Both the position numbers and the translations under genes were made by a program. Positions 50,976 to 62,138 of a stretch of DNA of 64,000 nt are shown one piece after another (position 1 is the stretch's first letter; every line of letters starts with the position of its first letter). Origin of the DNA: an uncultured Planctomycetales bacterium (GTDB lineage Bacteria > Planctomycetota > SBBH01). The DNA lies in assembly GCA_964455625.1 (NCBI GenBank), contig CAYVXZ010000001.1, positions 8,150 to 72,149 on the forward strand, in the 5' to 3' direction. Under the pieces are notes generated by a model. It saw only the letters and a list, made by a program, of their open reading frames with translations. It was not told the origin of the DNA and ran no database searches.

Positions 50976-51242
50976 GGGTGGGCGGGGAATGAGTGTTTTC
51001 TTGTCTCGTGCGGCGGCCGGAGATCCGGCTAAGGGGCCGCAGGCGGGCTTGCGAGAGGGCCTCATGCGCAGGCCGGTGGCAGGACACCACGCGCTTCCCG
51101 TCCGCCTTGCGGACGGAAGCGAAGGCCGTCGCGCATGGGAGGGAGGAGCGGACCGGATGTCCGCGACGACCGTCCCGCGAGCAAGCCTGCCGAGAGGCCC
51201 CTGCAGTCCGCCGCGGTCACCTGCGTGAGAATCCTGACAGGC

Positions 51243-51275
51243 CAAAAACAGCGGGGGGCCCTTTCGGGCCCCCCG
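51243..51275 (-). terminator. rho-independent terminator downstream of nusA
   Basis: Minus strand reads GGGGGGCCC-GAAA-GGGCCCCCC followed by GCUGUUUUUGG, starting 32 nt after the nusA stop. Confidence 0.75.
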
Positions 51276-51306
51276 TCGCCGGATACCGCTCCGTTACGGA
51301 AAAATC

Positions 51307-52635
<1,329 letters not shown>

Positions 52636-52685
52636 GATTCCTCCCGGTTTTTAAACACCCCGCGTCAGCGGCTTTTACGGGGGAG

Positions 52686-52716
52686 AAAAAAAGAAGGCGG
52701 GGCACCTGCCCCACCT
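52686..52716 (-). promoter_or_regulatory. hairpin + U-tract in the nusA 5' leader (possible attenuator)
   Basis: Minus strand reads GGUGGGGCAGGUGCCCCGCC followed by UUCUUUUUUU, 50-80 nt upstream of the nusA start. Confidence 0.4.
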
Positions 52717-52777
52717 GCAAGGGGAATCCTAGGAGAGCGCTGGCGCGGCGTCAACCGTTTTTGATAGGCTCTGCCTG

Positions 52778-53707
52778 ATGGCGATGACAAGGGTCCTCGT
52801 GTGCGACGCGCTCCCCGCGGCGGCGGTCGAGAAACTCAAGAATGCAGGCCTCGAGGCCGACGTCCGGACCGGCCTCGCCCCGGAGGCCCTGGTCGCCGCG
52901 ATCGGGCCCTACCACGGCGTGATCGTCCGGAGCGCCACGAAGATCACGAAGGATGTCATCGTCGCCGGGAAGAACCTGAAGGTGATCGGCCGGGCCGGCG
53001 TGGGACTCGACAACGTCGATGCGGCGGCGGCCAAGGAACGGGGGATCATGGTCGTGAACACCCCGTCGGCGACGGCGATCTCGGTCGCGGAGCTCGCGAT
53101 CGGGCTCATGCTCGCCCTCGCCCGGAAGATCCCGGCCGCCCACGCGAAGACCGCGACCGGCGTCTGGGACAAGAAGAGCTTCGAGGGGATCGAGCTCGCC
53201 GGGAAGACCCTGGGCCTGGTGGGCCTAGGCTCGATCGCCAAGGAGACCGCCAAGCGCGCCCGGGCCCTCGGGATGCAGGTGATCTGCCACCGGAAGGACC
53301 CGAAGAAAGTGGACCCCGAAGCCCGCCTCTGGGAGATCGAGGTGGTGGCACTCGATGCGCTTCTCGCGCGCGCCGATTTCGTGAGCCTCCATATCCCGCT
53401 GACGGCGGACACGAAGAACCTGATCGGTGCGGCCCAGCTCGCGAAGATGAAAAAGGGGGCGTTCCTCGTCAACTGCGCCCGGGGCGGCGTCGTGGACGAG
53501 CAGGCCCTGGCCGAGGCCCTGAAGTCGGGACGCCTCGCGGGAGCCGCCGTGGATGTCTTCTCGAAGGAGCCCGTCGAGGCCGCGAATCCCCTCCTTGCGG
53601 CCCCGAACGTGATCCTGACCCCTCACGTGGGGGCCTCCACCGCCGAGGGACAGCTGCGGGCCGGGACCGAGATCGCGGACCTGGTGATCCAGCATCTCGC
53701 GAAATAA
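52778..53707 (+). CDS. D-isomer-specific 2-hydroxyacid dehydrogenase (D-3-phosphoglycerate dehydrogenase-like, no ACT domain)
   Basis: NAD-binding motif 'GLVGLGSIAKETAKRA' and the catalytic 'CARGGVVDEQAL...H' region. Confidence 0.8.
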   Translation: MAMTRVLVCDALPAAAVEKLKNAGLEADVRTGLAPEALVAAIGPYHGVIVRSATKITKDVIVAGKNLKVIGRAGVGLDNVDAAAAKERGIMVVNTPSATAISVAELAIGLMLALARKIPAAHAKTATGVWDKKSFEGIELAGKTLGLVGLGSIAKETAKRARALGMQVICHRKDPKKVDPEARLWEIEVVALDALLARADFVSLHIPLTADTKNLIGAAQLAKMKKGAFLVNCARGGVVDEQALAEALKSGRLAGAAVDVFSKEPVEAANPLLAAPNVILTPHVGASTAEGQLRAGTEIADLVIQHLAK

Positions 53708-53750
53708 CCCGCATCGGCCGCGCGGCCCGCCGATGCAGGACCCGTGACCT

Positions 53751-54221
53751 ATGACCGAGGAATCCCCGAACATCCTGATCGCCAAGAATCCCAAGGCGTT
53801 CCACGACTACCACATCACCGCCAAGGTCGAGGCGGGACTGGTCCTGAAGGGAAGCGAGGTGAAGAGCCTCCGCAACAAGAAAGCCTCCATCGCCGAGGCG
53901 TTCGCGCGCGTCGAAAAAGGGGAAGCGTTCCTGCACCACATGACGATCCCGACCTATGAGCCGGCCGGGATCATGAACCACGAGCCGGGCCGGAAGCGCA
54001 AGCTCCTCCTCAACGCCCGCGAGATCAGGGAACTCGAGATCCACATCTCCCGCAAGGGGTTCACGATCGTCCCGCTCTCCCTCTACTTCCGGAACGGCTT
54101 CGCCAAGGTCGAGCTGGGGCTCGCCAAGGGAAAGACCCACGCCGACAAGCGCCAGTCGATCAAGAAGAAGGAAGTCGAACGGGAGATGCGCCAGAGGACC
54201 GGGGCCAGAAGACGGTTTTGA
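53751..54221 (+). CDS. smpB: SsrA-binding protein SmpB
   Basis: 'IAKNPKAFHDYHI...GLVLKGSEVKSLR' is the canonical SmpB sequence. Confidence 0.9.
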   Translation: MTEESPNILIAKNPKAFHDYHITAKVEAGLVLKGSEVKSLRNKKASIAEAFARVEKGEAFLHHMTIPTYEPAGIMNHEPGRKRKLLLNAREIRELEIHISRKGFTIVPLSLYFRNGFAKVELGLAKGKTHADKRQSIKKKEVEREMRQRTGARRRF

Positions 54222-54389
54222 CGACATAAAGGCCGAACCCCGCGGCCCGATTCCCGATCCTAGGACCCCGCGCTCCGTCACCCGATCTCCGGTACCCGCC
54301 TCCCGATCTCCGGCATTGGCCTCTTTCGCGCCACCGCAGCGCCCCCTCCGGGCGAGGCGCCGCGGTGGCGCCCAATTAAGGAGGCGCAA

Positions 54390-54743
54390 ATGGATCTTCA
54401 AAAATGGCGGGTGTATCAGGAATCGATCGGACTCGTGTCGGAAGCAGCGGTTTGGACCCGGGAGCTTCCCCGTGGCTACGGCTGGCTCGCTGATCAGGCC
54501 CGACGGGCGACCGGATCGGTCCCGCTCAATATCGCCGAGGGGCTTGGCCGTCCCTCGCGGGCCGAGCGTCGGCGTTTCTTCGAGATCGCCATCGGCTCGG
54601 CGCACGAACTCGCCGCCAGCCTCGAAGTGGGCCATCGCCTCGGTATTCTTTCCGAGACCCGGTTCCGGGCCCTCTGGGATGTCTGCGATCACGTCACCCG
54701 GATGCTGGGCAAGCTCGTGGCGGGAGCCTTTTCGGGGGCCTGA
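54390..54743 (+). CDS. four-helix-bundle protein (paralog of 42685-43062)
   Basis: About 80% aa identity to the other copy across the 'PRGYGWLADQARRA.GSVPLNIAEGLGRPSRAERRRFFEIAIGS' core. Confidence 0.8.
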   Translation: MDLQKWRVYQESIGLVSEAAVWTRELPRGYGWLADQARRATGSVPLNIAEGLGRPSRAERRRFFEIAIGSAHELAASLEVGHRLGILSETRFRALWDVCDHVTRMLGKLVAGAFSGA

Positions 54744-54870
54744 TGAAGCCGGGCCGGTCAGGACGTGAAAGGCCCGGCGACATCGGAGCGACGAGGCGGC
54801 ACGGATGCCGACGAGAAGCGTCCCCCGATAAACGCGAACCGCCGATAGGGGCGCATAAGCGAAGCTTCAT
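54735..54870. repeat. ~135-nt structured repeat, copy B
   Basis: Aligns to 37640-37775. It begins within the last codons of the four-helix-bundle gene. Confidence 0.7.
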
Positions 54871-54919
54871 CACTATCCGCGGCGAGAGGCCCCCGGCGGC
54901 CGCCGAGTATCCACCCCCA

Positions 54920-54955
54920 CCCCAACCCTCCCCCATCCAGGGGGAGGGAGACGTT
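54920..54955. repeat. C-rich hairpin motif CCCTCCCCC-ATCCA-GGGGGAGGG, copy 2
   Basis: Same motif as 43190-43225. Confidence 0.55.
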
Positions 54956-54970
54956 CAGCTATACTGCGCC

Positions 54971-55990
54971 ATGGCCATCGGAATCGCCGTCATCGGCGCG
55001 GGGCAGTGGGGCGCGAACCACATCCGGAACCTCGCGGCGCTTCCGGGGGCGCGTCTGGCCTGGATCTGCGACCCCGACGCCGCGCGCCTGGCGGAGATCG
55101 CCGAGCGCTTCCCGGGGCCCCGGACCGCAGCCTCGATCGACCCCCTCCTGGCGGACGCGGACACGTCCGCCGTGGTGATCGCCACACCCGCCGGGACGCA
55201 TGCCGAGACGGCCCGAAAGTGCCTCGCGGCGGGCAAGCATGTCCTCATCGAAAAACCGTTCGCGCGCTCCGTCGCCGAGGCGCGGGAACTCCTCGCGCTC
55301 GCGGCGTCAAAAAAACAGGTTCTCATGGCGGGGCACACCTTCCTCTACAACGCCGCCGTGCGCTGGGCGCACGATGCCATCGCCCGCGGCGAACTGGGGG
55401 ACATCCTCCACGTCTACGCGAAACGCTTGAGCCTGGGGCAGGTCCGGAGCGACGTCGACGTCCTCTGGAACCTCGCGCCGCACGACTTTTCCATCCTCGA
55501 CTACCTGCTGGGGGCGGCGCCGGTGCGCGTTGCGGCCCATTGCCATTCCTTCTTCCAGAAGGGGATTTCAGACGTCGCGTTCGTCCACCTGGAGTACCCC
55601 GGCGGGCGCGGGGCGCATGTCCATGTCTCGTGGTGCGACCCCCAGAAGGTGCGCGAGATGGTCGTGGTGGGAACGCGAAAGATGCTCGTCTACGACGACG
55701 TCGCGGCCGACAAGATCCGGGTCCACGACAAGGGGATCGACCGCGCCGTCCCCCCCTACAGGGACTTCCGGGAGTTCCAGCTGATCCTGCGTCGGGGAGA
55801 GGTCGCGACGCCGAAGATCGATTTTCCCGAGCCCCTCTCGACGGAGCTTTCCCACTTCCTCGCCTGCATCGCGAGCGGCGAATCCCCCCTCACCGGCGGG
55901 GACCACATCCTGCGGGTCCTTTCCGTCCTGGAGGCGGTCGATCGCTCACGCGCGGCGGGCGGCGCGCCCGTTCCGGTCGAGGCCGTATAA
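54971..55990 (+). CDS. Gfo/Idh/MocA-family NAD(P)-dependent oxidoreductase (sugar dehydrogenase-like)
   Basis: 'IGIAVIGAGQWGANHI' Rossmann start, and 'KHVLIEKP' motif. Confidence 0.8.
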   Translation: MAIGIAVIGAGQWGANHIRNLAALPGARLAWICDPDAARLAEIAERFPGPRTAASIDPLLADADTSAVVIATPAGTHAETARKCLAAGKHVLIEKPFARSVAEARELLALAASKKQVLMAGHTFLYNAAVRWAHDAIARGELGDILHVYAKRLSLGQVRSDVDVLWNLAPHDFSILDYLLGAAPVRVAAHCHSFFQKGISDVAFVHLEYPGGRGAHVHVSWCDPQKVREMVVVGTRKMLVYDDVAADKIRVHDKGIDRAVPPYRDFREFQLILRRGEVATPKIDFPEPLSTELSHFLACIASGESPLTGGDHILRVLSVLEAVDRSRAAGGAPVPVEAV

Positions 55991-55998
55991 TCCCGGCC

Positions 55999-56955
55999 GT
56001 GACCGTCCTTCCTCGCGTTTCCGTCATCCTCCCGGCCGCGAACGAGGAAGGGAACCTCGGCGCGGTCCTCGACCGGTGCGCGGAGGCGTTCCGGAAGACC
56101 GGGCACCCTTACGAGCTCGTGGTGGTGGACGACGGCTCGACCGACGAGACGGCGCGGATCGCGCGGGAGCGGGCCGCGGCCGGCGGGAGCGTCCGGATCG
56201 TCTCCCACGGCGTGCGGCGCGGGATCACGCAGGCGCTCCTTTCAGGGACGCGCGCCGCGACGGGCGACGTCCTCGTCTTCATGTGCGCAGACATGCAATC
56301 GGATCCGGCCGAGGACATCCCGAAACTGCTCGCGCCCCTCGCGGGAGACGCGGACGTCGTCCTGGGGTACCGCGAGAACCGCACCGACGGCAAGGAGCTC
56401 GTCTCCGGCATCTACCACGCCCTCACGCGCTTCCTCTTCGGGACGTCGTTCCGCGACATGAACTGGATCAAGGCGTTCCGGCGCGAGGTGGTGTCGGAGA
56501 TGCACCTGCGGTCCGACTGGCACCGCTACATCGCGATCCTGGCGCACACGGCCGGCTACCGGATCGTGGAGGTCCCGACCCGATGCCTCCCCCGGACCTG
56601 GGGGGTCTCGAAGTTCCGTGCGGGGCGCGTGGTCCCGGGGTTCCTGGACCTCCTCGTCGTGAAGTTCCACGCGTCGTTCCTGGATCGTCCCATGTTCTTC
56701 TTCGGGTCGATCGGCCTCTCGCTCGTGGGCGGGGCCGGGCTGATCGCGGCGTACGCCCTGGCCCGCTACGTCGCCGAGCGGTGGATCTGGCCCGTCCCGG
56801 ACGGGTACAAGCCGCTGGGGATCGTCTACATGGCGTTCCTCTCCTGCCTCCTGGGGGGCCTGCTCCTCTTCTGCTTCGGCTTCCTCGCCGAGTTCCTCGC
56901 CACGATCCGGGACGAGATCCGCGCCGCGCGCGGGCGGCCCGACAAGGACGCGTGA
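55999..56955 (+). CDS. glycosyltransferase family 2 (polyprenyl-phosphate sugar synthase, ArnC/DPM1-like)
   Basis: 'VSVILPAANEE', 'VVVDDGSTDET', 'FMCADMQSDP' (DxD region), and two C-terminal TM helices. Confidence 0.75.
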   Translation: MTVLPRVSVILPAANEEGNLGAVLDRCAEAFRKTGHPYELVVVDDGSTDETARIARERAAAGGSVRIVSHGVRRGITQALLSGTRAATGDVLVFMCADMQSDPAEDIPKLLAPLAGDADVVLGYRENRTDGKELVSGIYHALTRFLFGTSFRDMNWIKAFRREVVSEMHLRSDWHRYIAILAHTAGYRIVEVPTRCLPRTWGVSKFRAGRVVPGFLDLLVVKFHASFLDRPMFFFGSIGLSLVGGAGLIAAYALARYVAERWIWPVPDGYKPLGIVYMAFLSCLLGGLLLFCFGFLAEFLATIRDEIRAARGRPDKDA

Positions 56956-58571
56956 AGCACCGTTTCCTCTTCTCCCTTCTCGTCCTCCTGCACGCCTGGC
57001 TCCTCGTGCACGACCTGACGGCGGACCCCCCCGCCGGCCTCGACGACAGCCTCGGGATCTGGACCGACGAAGGGTGGAAGACCTACGCCGCGCGCAACAA
57101 GGCGCTCTTCGGCGACTGGCAGCCGCGGGAAGGGCTCTCGCGCGGCTGGATCGACGGGTCGCCCGTGCCTACGTGGATCTGGTATGGCGCGTTCGAGGCG
57201 TTCGGCGTCTCGCGCGCGGCGGCGCGCTTTCCGAACCTCGTCTTCTCGATCGGGACCCTCTTCCTCCTCTACGCCCTCGCGCGCCGGGCCTGGGGGGAGC
57301 GCGCGGCGTTCCTGGCCGCCGCGCTCTGGGTCCTCGATTGGAACGTCCTCATGTTCGCGCGCCTCGCGCTCCAGGAGACGCAGGTCGCCTTCTGGCTGGC
57401 GGCGGGGCTTTACGGCTGGTGCCGGGCGGGGGAAGGAAACCCCGTCCGGTGGGGATGCGCGGCGGGCTTATGTCTCGCGGCGGCGTTCCTGTCGAAGGCG
57501 AGCGCGGCGGGCCCGATCGCGGGACTCGCGGCCGCCTTCCTGGCGGACGCCGCAGGCCCCGGCCGGAAAAAGGCGCTTCTCGCGGCGGCCGTCACGCTTG
57601 CCGCCGGCACCGGCGGCTTCTGCGCCCTCTCGCCGGCATCGATCCTCGACGCCTCGGGCGTCCACATGGCCGGACGCCTCGCTCCGATGGGCGACCGGAC
57701 CGCCCCGCTCTCCGCCGCGATCGTCCTCGAGAACGGCTACATGACGCGGACCCTCCCCGTGTTCCTGGCGGCGCTCGGAGGGGCACTCCTGACCCTCGCG
57801 CGTTTCCGCCATGCGCACGCCGCGGAGCGCGCATCGGTGCTGTGGCTCGCCGCGACCCTCGCCATGTTCGCGGTCGTGAATTACCGCCCCGCACGCTACT
57901 TCCCGGTCCTGGCGCCCCCCCTCGCGATCCTCGCGGGATCGTTCGCGTTCCACGGCCTCGGGGCCCTGCGCGCCTCCTTCCGGGCCGCGCCGGCCCGGAC
58001 GCGCGCGCTTCTCGTCCCGGCCACGCTCGCGGCGGCCTTCCTGGGGTCTTACGCGCTCCTGAAGCTCGCTCCGCCGGCGCACGGATTCCTGGCGGCGGCC
58101 GTGGCGGGAGGCCTCCTGGGGGGAGGCGGGCTCCTCTGGTTCGCGGCCCGGAGCCCCGCACATCGCTTGCAAGGGTCTCTTTGGGGGGTGATACTCGCCG
58201 GCGCGATGGGTTTCTTCGCGATTCCTTGTCTCCAGTGGGCGCGCGCGAAGGAGCACCGGCTCGCCGAATGCGGCCGGACGCTCGCGGCGGCGGTCCCCGC
58301 GAACGCCACCCTGGGCGGATACCAGGCGATCATGCTCTCCCTGGAGACCGGCGCCTACGTGGGAGACGTCGACAATCCGCCGGGCGGGACATACTCCCTG
58401 GCCGAAAAGCTCCGCCGCGTCCGGCCGGACCACCTGGCGACGACGCGGGAGGAGTTCGACGCGCTCCCGGAGGCGGTCCGGGCGTCGGCCGTCCACCTGG
58501 CCGACCTCCCGCTCATGCCCCCGTTCGCCGCCAGCGCCCTCTGGCGCGTCGACCCGGAGGCGTTCCGGTGA
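56952..58571 (+). CDS. GT-C-fold membrane glycosyltransferase (ArnT / family 39/83-like)
   Basis: Polytopic. N-terminal loop 'DDSLGIWTDEGWKTYAARN' resembles the ArnT/PMT periplasmic motif. Confidence 0.65.
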   Translation: MKHRFLFSLLVLLHAWLLVHDLTADPPAGLDDSLGIWTDEGWKTYAARNKALFGDWQPREGLSRGWIDGSPVPTWIWYGAFEAFGVSRAAARFPNLVFSIGTLFLLYALARRAWGERAAFLAAALWVLDWNVLMFARLALQETQVAFWLAAGLYGWCRAGEGNPVRWGCAAGLCLAAAFLSKASAAGPIAGLAAAFLADAAGPGRKKALLAAAVTLAAGTGGFCALSPASILDASGVHMAGRLAPMGDRTAPLSAAIVLENGYMTRTLPVFLAALGGALLTLARFRHAHAAERASVLWLAATLAMFAVVNYRPARYFPVLAPPLAILAGSFAFHGLGALRASFRAAPARTRALLVPATLAAAFLGSYALLKLAPPAHGFLAAAVAGGLLGGGGLLWFAARSPAHRLQGSLWGVILAGAMGFFAIPCLQWARAKEHRLAECGRTLAAAVPANATLGGYQAIMLSLETGAYVGDVDNPPGGTYSLAEKLRRVRPDHLATTREEFDALPEAVRASAVHLADLPLMPPFAASALWRVDPEAFR

Positions 58572-59695
58572 ACATCCCCGCCGCGAAGATCATCTTCTCG
58601 GACGAGGACCGGAAGAAAATCCTTTCCGCGATCGACGAGACCCTGAAGACGGGCCAGCTCACGCTCGGCCCCCGGACGAAGGAGTTCGAGGAGAAATTCG
58701 CCCGGCTGGTGGACGTCCCCCACGCGGTCGCCGTCTCGAGCGGCACGTCGGCCCTGGAGATCATCCTGCGCGCCTACGGCGTCGCCGGGAAGGAGGTCGT
58801 GGTTCCCGCCGACACCTTCTTCGCCACGGCCGCGGCGGTCGTCCACGCCGGCGCGCGGCCGCGCTTCGTCGACATCGAGCCGGAGACGCTCGGGATCGAC
58901 CCGGCGCGGCTCGAAAACGCCATCCGCCCCGGGACCGCCGGCGTCATCCTCGTCCATATCGGCGGCTGGATCTCGAAGCATGTCGACCGGATCCGCGAGA
59001 TCTGCCGCGCCCGGAACCTCTTCCTCGTCGAGGACGCGGCCCACGCCCACGGAAGCCGGGCCGCCGCGGGGATGGCGGGCTCGCTCGGGGACGCCGCCGC
59101 CTTCTCCTTCTATCCCACCAAGGTGATCACGAGCGGCGAGGGAGGGATGATCACGACGCGCGACCCCCGGATCGACGCGGAGGCCCGGCGCTACCGCGAC
59201 CAGGGGAAGGAGTCGTTCAACTCGAACTTCCACACGCACCTCGGGAACAACTGGCGCCTCTCGGAGCTCCATGCCGCGGTCGGCGTGACCCACCTGGCGC
59301 GCCTCGCCGAATGGATCGACGACCGGATCCGCGTGGCCCGGATCTACGACACGCTTCTCGCCGGAGACGCGCGGCTCGTTCCGCTTCCGTTCCCGGAAAA
59401 GGGGCGGACCAACTACTACAAGTACATCGTGAGGCTCGCCAACACCCCGCCCGGGTTCGACCGCAAGACCTTCAAGAAGGCCGTCCGGGAGCGCTTCTCG
59501 GTGGGCCTCGCGGGGGAGGTGTACGAGGTCCCCTGCCACCAGCAGCCGGTCTTCGCGGCCTGGCGCGAGGGGGCCTGCCCCGTCGCCGAGCGGTTCTGCG
59601 CCGAACACCTGTGCCTCCCGATCTATCCCGGCATGACCGAGGCGGAGGTGACGCATGTCGTCAGGGCCCTCCAGCAGACGCTCCAGCAGCCATGA
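58568..59695 (+). CDS. DegT/DnrJ/EryC1/StrS-family PLP-dependent sugar aminotransferase (ArnB-like)
   Basis: 'GQLTLGPRTKEFEEKFA', 'AVSSGTSALE', and the PLP-lysine region 'SFYPTKVITSGEGGM'. Confidence 0.85.
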   Translation: MNIPAAKIIFSDEDRKKILSAIDETLKTGQLTLGPRTKEFEEKFARLVDVPHAVAVSSGTSALEIILRAYGVAGKEVVVPADTFFATAAAVVHAGARPRFVDIEPETLGIDPARLENAIRPGTAGVILVHIGGWISKHVDRIREICRARNLFLVEDAAHAHGSRAAAGMAGSLGDAAAFSFYPTKVITSGEGGMITTRDPRIDAEARRYRDQGKESFNSNFHTHLGNNWRLSELHAAVGVTHLARLAEWIDDRIRVARIYDTLLAGDARLVPLPFPEKGRTNYYKYIVRLANTPPGFDRKTFKKAVRERFSVGLAGEVYEVPCHQQPVFAAWREGACPVAERFCAEHLCLPIYPGMTEAEVTHVVRALQQTLQQP

Positions 59696-60624
59696 AGATC
59701 GCGGTCACCGGCGGGTCGGGATTCATCGGCTCCCATGTCGTCGACCATTGCCGCGCCGTCGGCCATGACGTCGTGGTGATCGACCACCGCGTCCGCCCCC
59801 ACCGGGAGGACGTGGAGTTCCGCGATGTCGACCTCCTGCATTTCGAGTCGGTCCTCGACGCCACGAAGGGGTGCCAGGCCGTGTTCCACCTTGCCGCCGT
59901 CTCGAACGTCAATATCGCCTTCGAGCAGCCGGTCTACACGATGGAGCTCAACACCCTCGGGACCGCGCGCATCCTCGAGGCCGCCCGCAAGAACGGCATC
60001 GGCCGCGTGGTTTTCGCCAGCACCGTCTGGGTCTACTCGGGATGCACCGGCGAGAAGGTGGACGAGAGCGTCCCCTTCCATCTTTCCGGGGCCGGCCACA
60101 TCTACACCTCCAGCAAGATCGCCGCCGAGATGGTCTGCCACGACTACGCGAAGCTCTACAGGCAGGGTTTCACGATCCTCCGCTACGGGATCCCGTACGG
60201 CCCCCGGATGCGCGACGAGCTCCTGATCCCGATCTTCATCCGGAAGGCCCTGAAGGGGGAACCGCTCACCATCTCGGGCGACGGATCGCAGTACCGGAAC
60301 TTCATCTACATCGACGACCTGGCCCGGGCGAACCTCCTGGCGCTCGGACCCGCCGCCGCCGGAAAGACCTACAACCTCGAGGGGACGACGCGGATCACCG
60401 TGAAGCAGGTGGCCGAGGCGGTCCGGAAGATCCTCGGTGAATCCGGGATCAGTGTCCGGATCGAGAGCGTCCCGGCGCGGCCCGGCGACTACGGCGGCAA
60501 GGAAGTGGATGCGTCGCTTGCCGCGCGCGAACTCGGCTGGAAACCTTCCGTCCCCTTCGAGGAAGGGATGCGCCGCACCATCGCGTGGTACCGGCAGAAG
60601 CTCGCGGCCGCCCCGAAAGGCTGA
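59692..60624 (+). CDS. NAD-dependent nucleotide-sugar epimerase/dehydratase (SDR family)
   Basis: 'MKIAVTGGSGFIGSH' and the catalytic 'YTSSKIAAE' (YxxxK). Confidence 0.85.
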   Translation: MKIAVTGGSGFIGSHVVDHCRAVGHDVVVIDHRVRPHREDVEFRDVDLLHFESVLDATKGCQAVFHLAAVSNVNIAFEQPVYTMELNTLGTARILEAARKNGIGRVVFASTVWVYSGCTGEKVDESVPFHLSGAGHIYTSSKIAAEMVCHDYAKLYRQGFTILRYGIPYGPRMRDELLIPIFIRKALKGEPLTISGDGSQYRNFIYIDDLARANLLALGPAAAGKTYNLEGTTRITVKQVAEAVRKILGESGISVRIESVPARPGDYGGKEVDASLAARELGWKPSVPFEEGMRRTIAWYRQKLAAAPKG

Positions 60625-60633
60625 CCCCCGCTC

Positions 60634-61806
60634 ATGAAAATCTGCATCCTGGCGCACGTCTTCCCGGCGCGGCCGGGAGACATCCCCGGGATCTTCGTCC
60701 GGGAACTCGCGAGAAACCTCGCCGCGAGGGGGCATGCCGTCCATGTCGTGACGCCCCGGGTCGAAGGGGCCCCGGACGGGGAGTCGGCGGACGGCATCCA
60801 CGTCCACCGGTTCCGGCACCGGGGGCGGTTTCCGTCGCGCCTCGGGGCGCTGAAGCGGATCCCCTGGGGGACGTTTGCCTCCTTCCTCGCCTCGTGGACG
60901 CGGGAGACCGTCCGCGTCGTCCGTGCCCACGAGATCGACATCCTCCACGCCTACTGGGTCGCCCCGGCGGGGTTCGTGGGGGTCCTCGCGGGCCTCGCGA
61001 CGGGTCGCCCGACCGTCGCGACCGCGGCCGGCTCCGACATCAACGTCCTCCCGGAGAGCCCCCCCTACCGCCCCGTGATCCGCTGGACCCTCTCGCGTCT
61101 CGACGGCCTGATCGCGCTGGGATCCGCGATGCGCGCGCGGACGGTGATGCTCGGGATGTCCGGAAACCGCACGCACATGATCCCCGAGGACGCCGGGATC
61201 GACCCGGCCTTCCGCGTGGCGTCCCGGCCGTCTGTCGACCGGGTCCGGCTCCTCTTCGTGGGGCGCCTCGCGGCGCCCAAGCGGCTCGACACGGTCATCG
61301 CGGCCATGCCGGCGATCCTCGCGCGCCGGCCCGACGCGCGGCTCCGGATCGTGGGGGACGGCGAGGACCGGCCGTCCCTCGAGGCGCGGGTCCGCGGCCT
61401 CGGGATCGGCCATGCCGTCGAGTTCGCCGGCGCGTGCGCGCACGAGGACCTGCCGCGCCATTTCGCCGAGGGTGACCTCTTCGTCTACCCCACTGAAAAC
61501 GAAGGACTCCCCACGGCGATCGCCGAGGCGATGACATCGGGGCTCCCCGTGATCGCGAGCCCCGTCGGCGGGATCCCCGATCAGATCCGGAACGGCATCA
61601 CCGGGCTCTGGGCCCCGTTCGACGATCCGGACGCCTGGAGCGCGGCGATCCTCCGGCTCATCGGGAATCCCGCCGAACGGACGCGTCTCGGCGCGAACGC
61701 CCAGGCGTTCGCCGGGCGGGAATTCTCCACGGACCGGATCGCGGAGCGCGTCGAGGCGGCCTACCGGGCGGCCTTCGAACGGTCGACCTCCGCCCGACGG
61801 ACCTGA
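60634..61806 (+). CDS. glycosyltransferase family 4
   Basis: GT4 C-terminal motif 'ENEGLPTAIAEAMTSGLPVIASPVGGIPDQIRNGITG'. Confidence 0.8.
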   Translation: MKICILAHVFPARPGDIPGIFVRELARNLAARGHAVHVVTPRVEGAPDGESADGIHVHRFRHRGRFPSRLGALKRIPWGTFASFLASWTRETVRVVRAHEIDILHAYWVAPAGFVGVLAGLATGRPTVATAAGSDINVLPESPPYRPVIRWTLSRLDGLIALGSAMRARTVMLGMSGNRTHMIPEDAGIDPAFRVASRPSVDRVRLLFVGRLAAPKRLDTVIAAMPAILARRPDARLRIVGDGEDRPSLEARVRGLGIGHAVEFAGACAHEDLPRHFAEGDLFVYPTENEGLPTAIAEAMTSGLPVIASPVGGIPDQIRNGITGLWAPFDDPDAWSAAILRLIGNPAERTRLGANAQAFAGREFSTDRIAERVEAAYRAAFERSTSARRT

Positions 61807-62138
61807 TCCTCGAGAAGCGCCACCTTCTGCGCGAGGTTCTTCACCTGGACGGTCAGGACCGAGATCCGGACGGCGTACTGCAGGCAGATCAGCACGAGAA
61901 ACAGGACCCCGAAAAAGAAAAGGGTCGGCGGCGGGTTCGTGGAGCCGATGAGCCCGGAAAGCCCGGCCAGGAGCTCGTCCCAGACCGAAAGCACCAGGAC
62001 CGCGAGTCCCGTCAGCATCCAGAGCCAGGAATATTCCTCGCGGAGCTTCCGGCGGCGGATCAGCTCGAAGATGAGCGCCACCAGCCCCAGGGCCAGCGCC
62101 ACCGCGACCGCCTTCTGGCGCACCGTGAGGCCGTTCAC
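61761..62138 (-). CDS. DUF2304-like small membrane protein (GT2 partner)
   Basis: 125 aa with TM helices and a C-terminal amphipathic helix. It lies immediately downstream of, and overlaps, a GT2 gene, which is the typical pairing. Confidence 0.55.
   Translation of the reverse strand: MNGLTVRQKAVAVALALGLVALIFELIRRRKLREEYSWLWMLTGLAVLVLSVWDELLAGLSGLIGSTNPPPTLFFFGVLFLVLICLQYAVRISVLTVQVKNLAQKVALLEDQVRRAEVDRSKAAR

Noticed and set aside
50587-51228. 213-aa plus-strand ORF inside the long nusA-downstream noncoding region
   Set aside because: It is Arg/Pro/Ala low-complexity in a GC-rich intergenic region. No start context or domain was found.
54222-54390. Search for tmRNA (ssrA) next to smpB
   Set aside because: No GGGGCUGAUUCUGGAUUCGACGGG-like 5' end or tRNA-Ala-like 3' end (…GGUUCGAUUCC…CCACCA) was found. 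The interval is too short and the 4HB gene follows.
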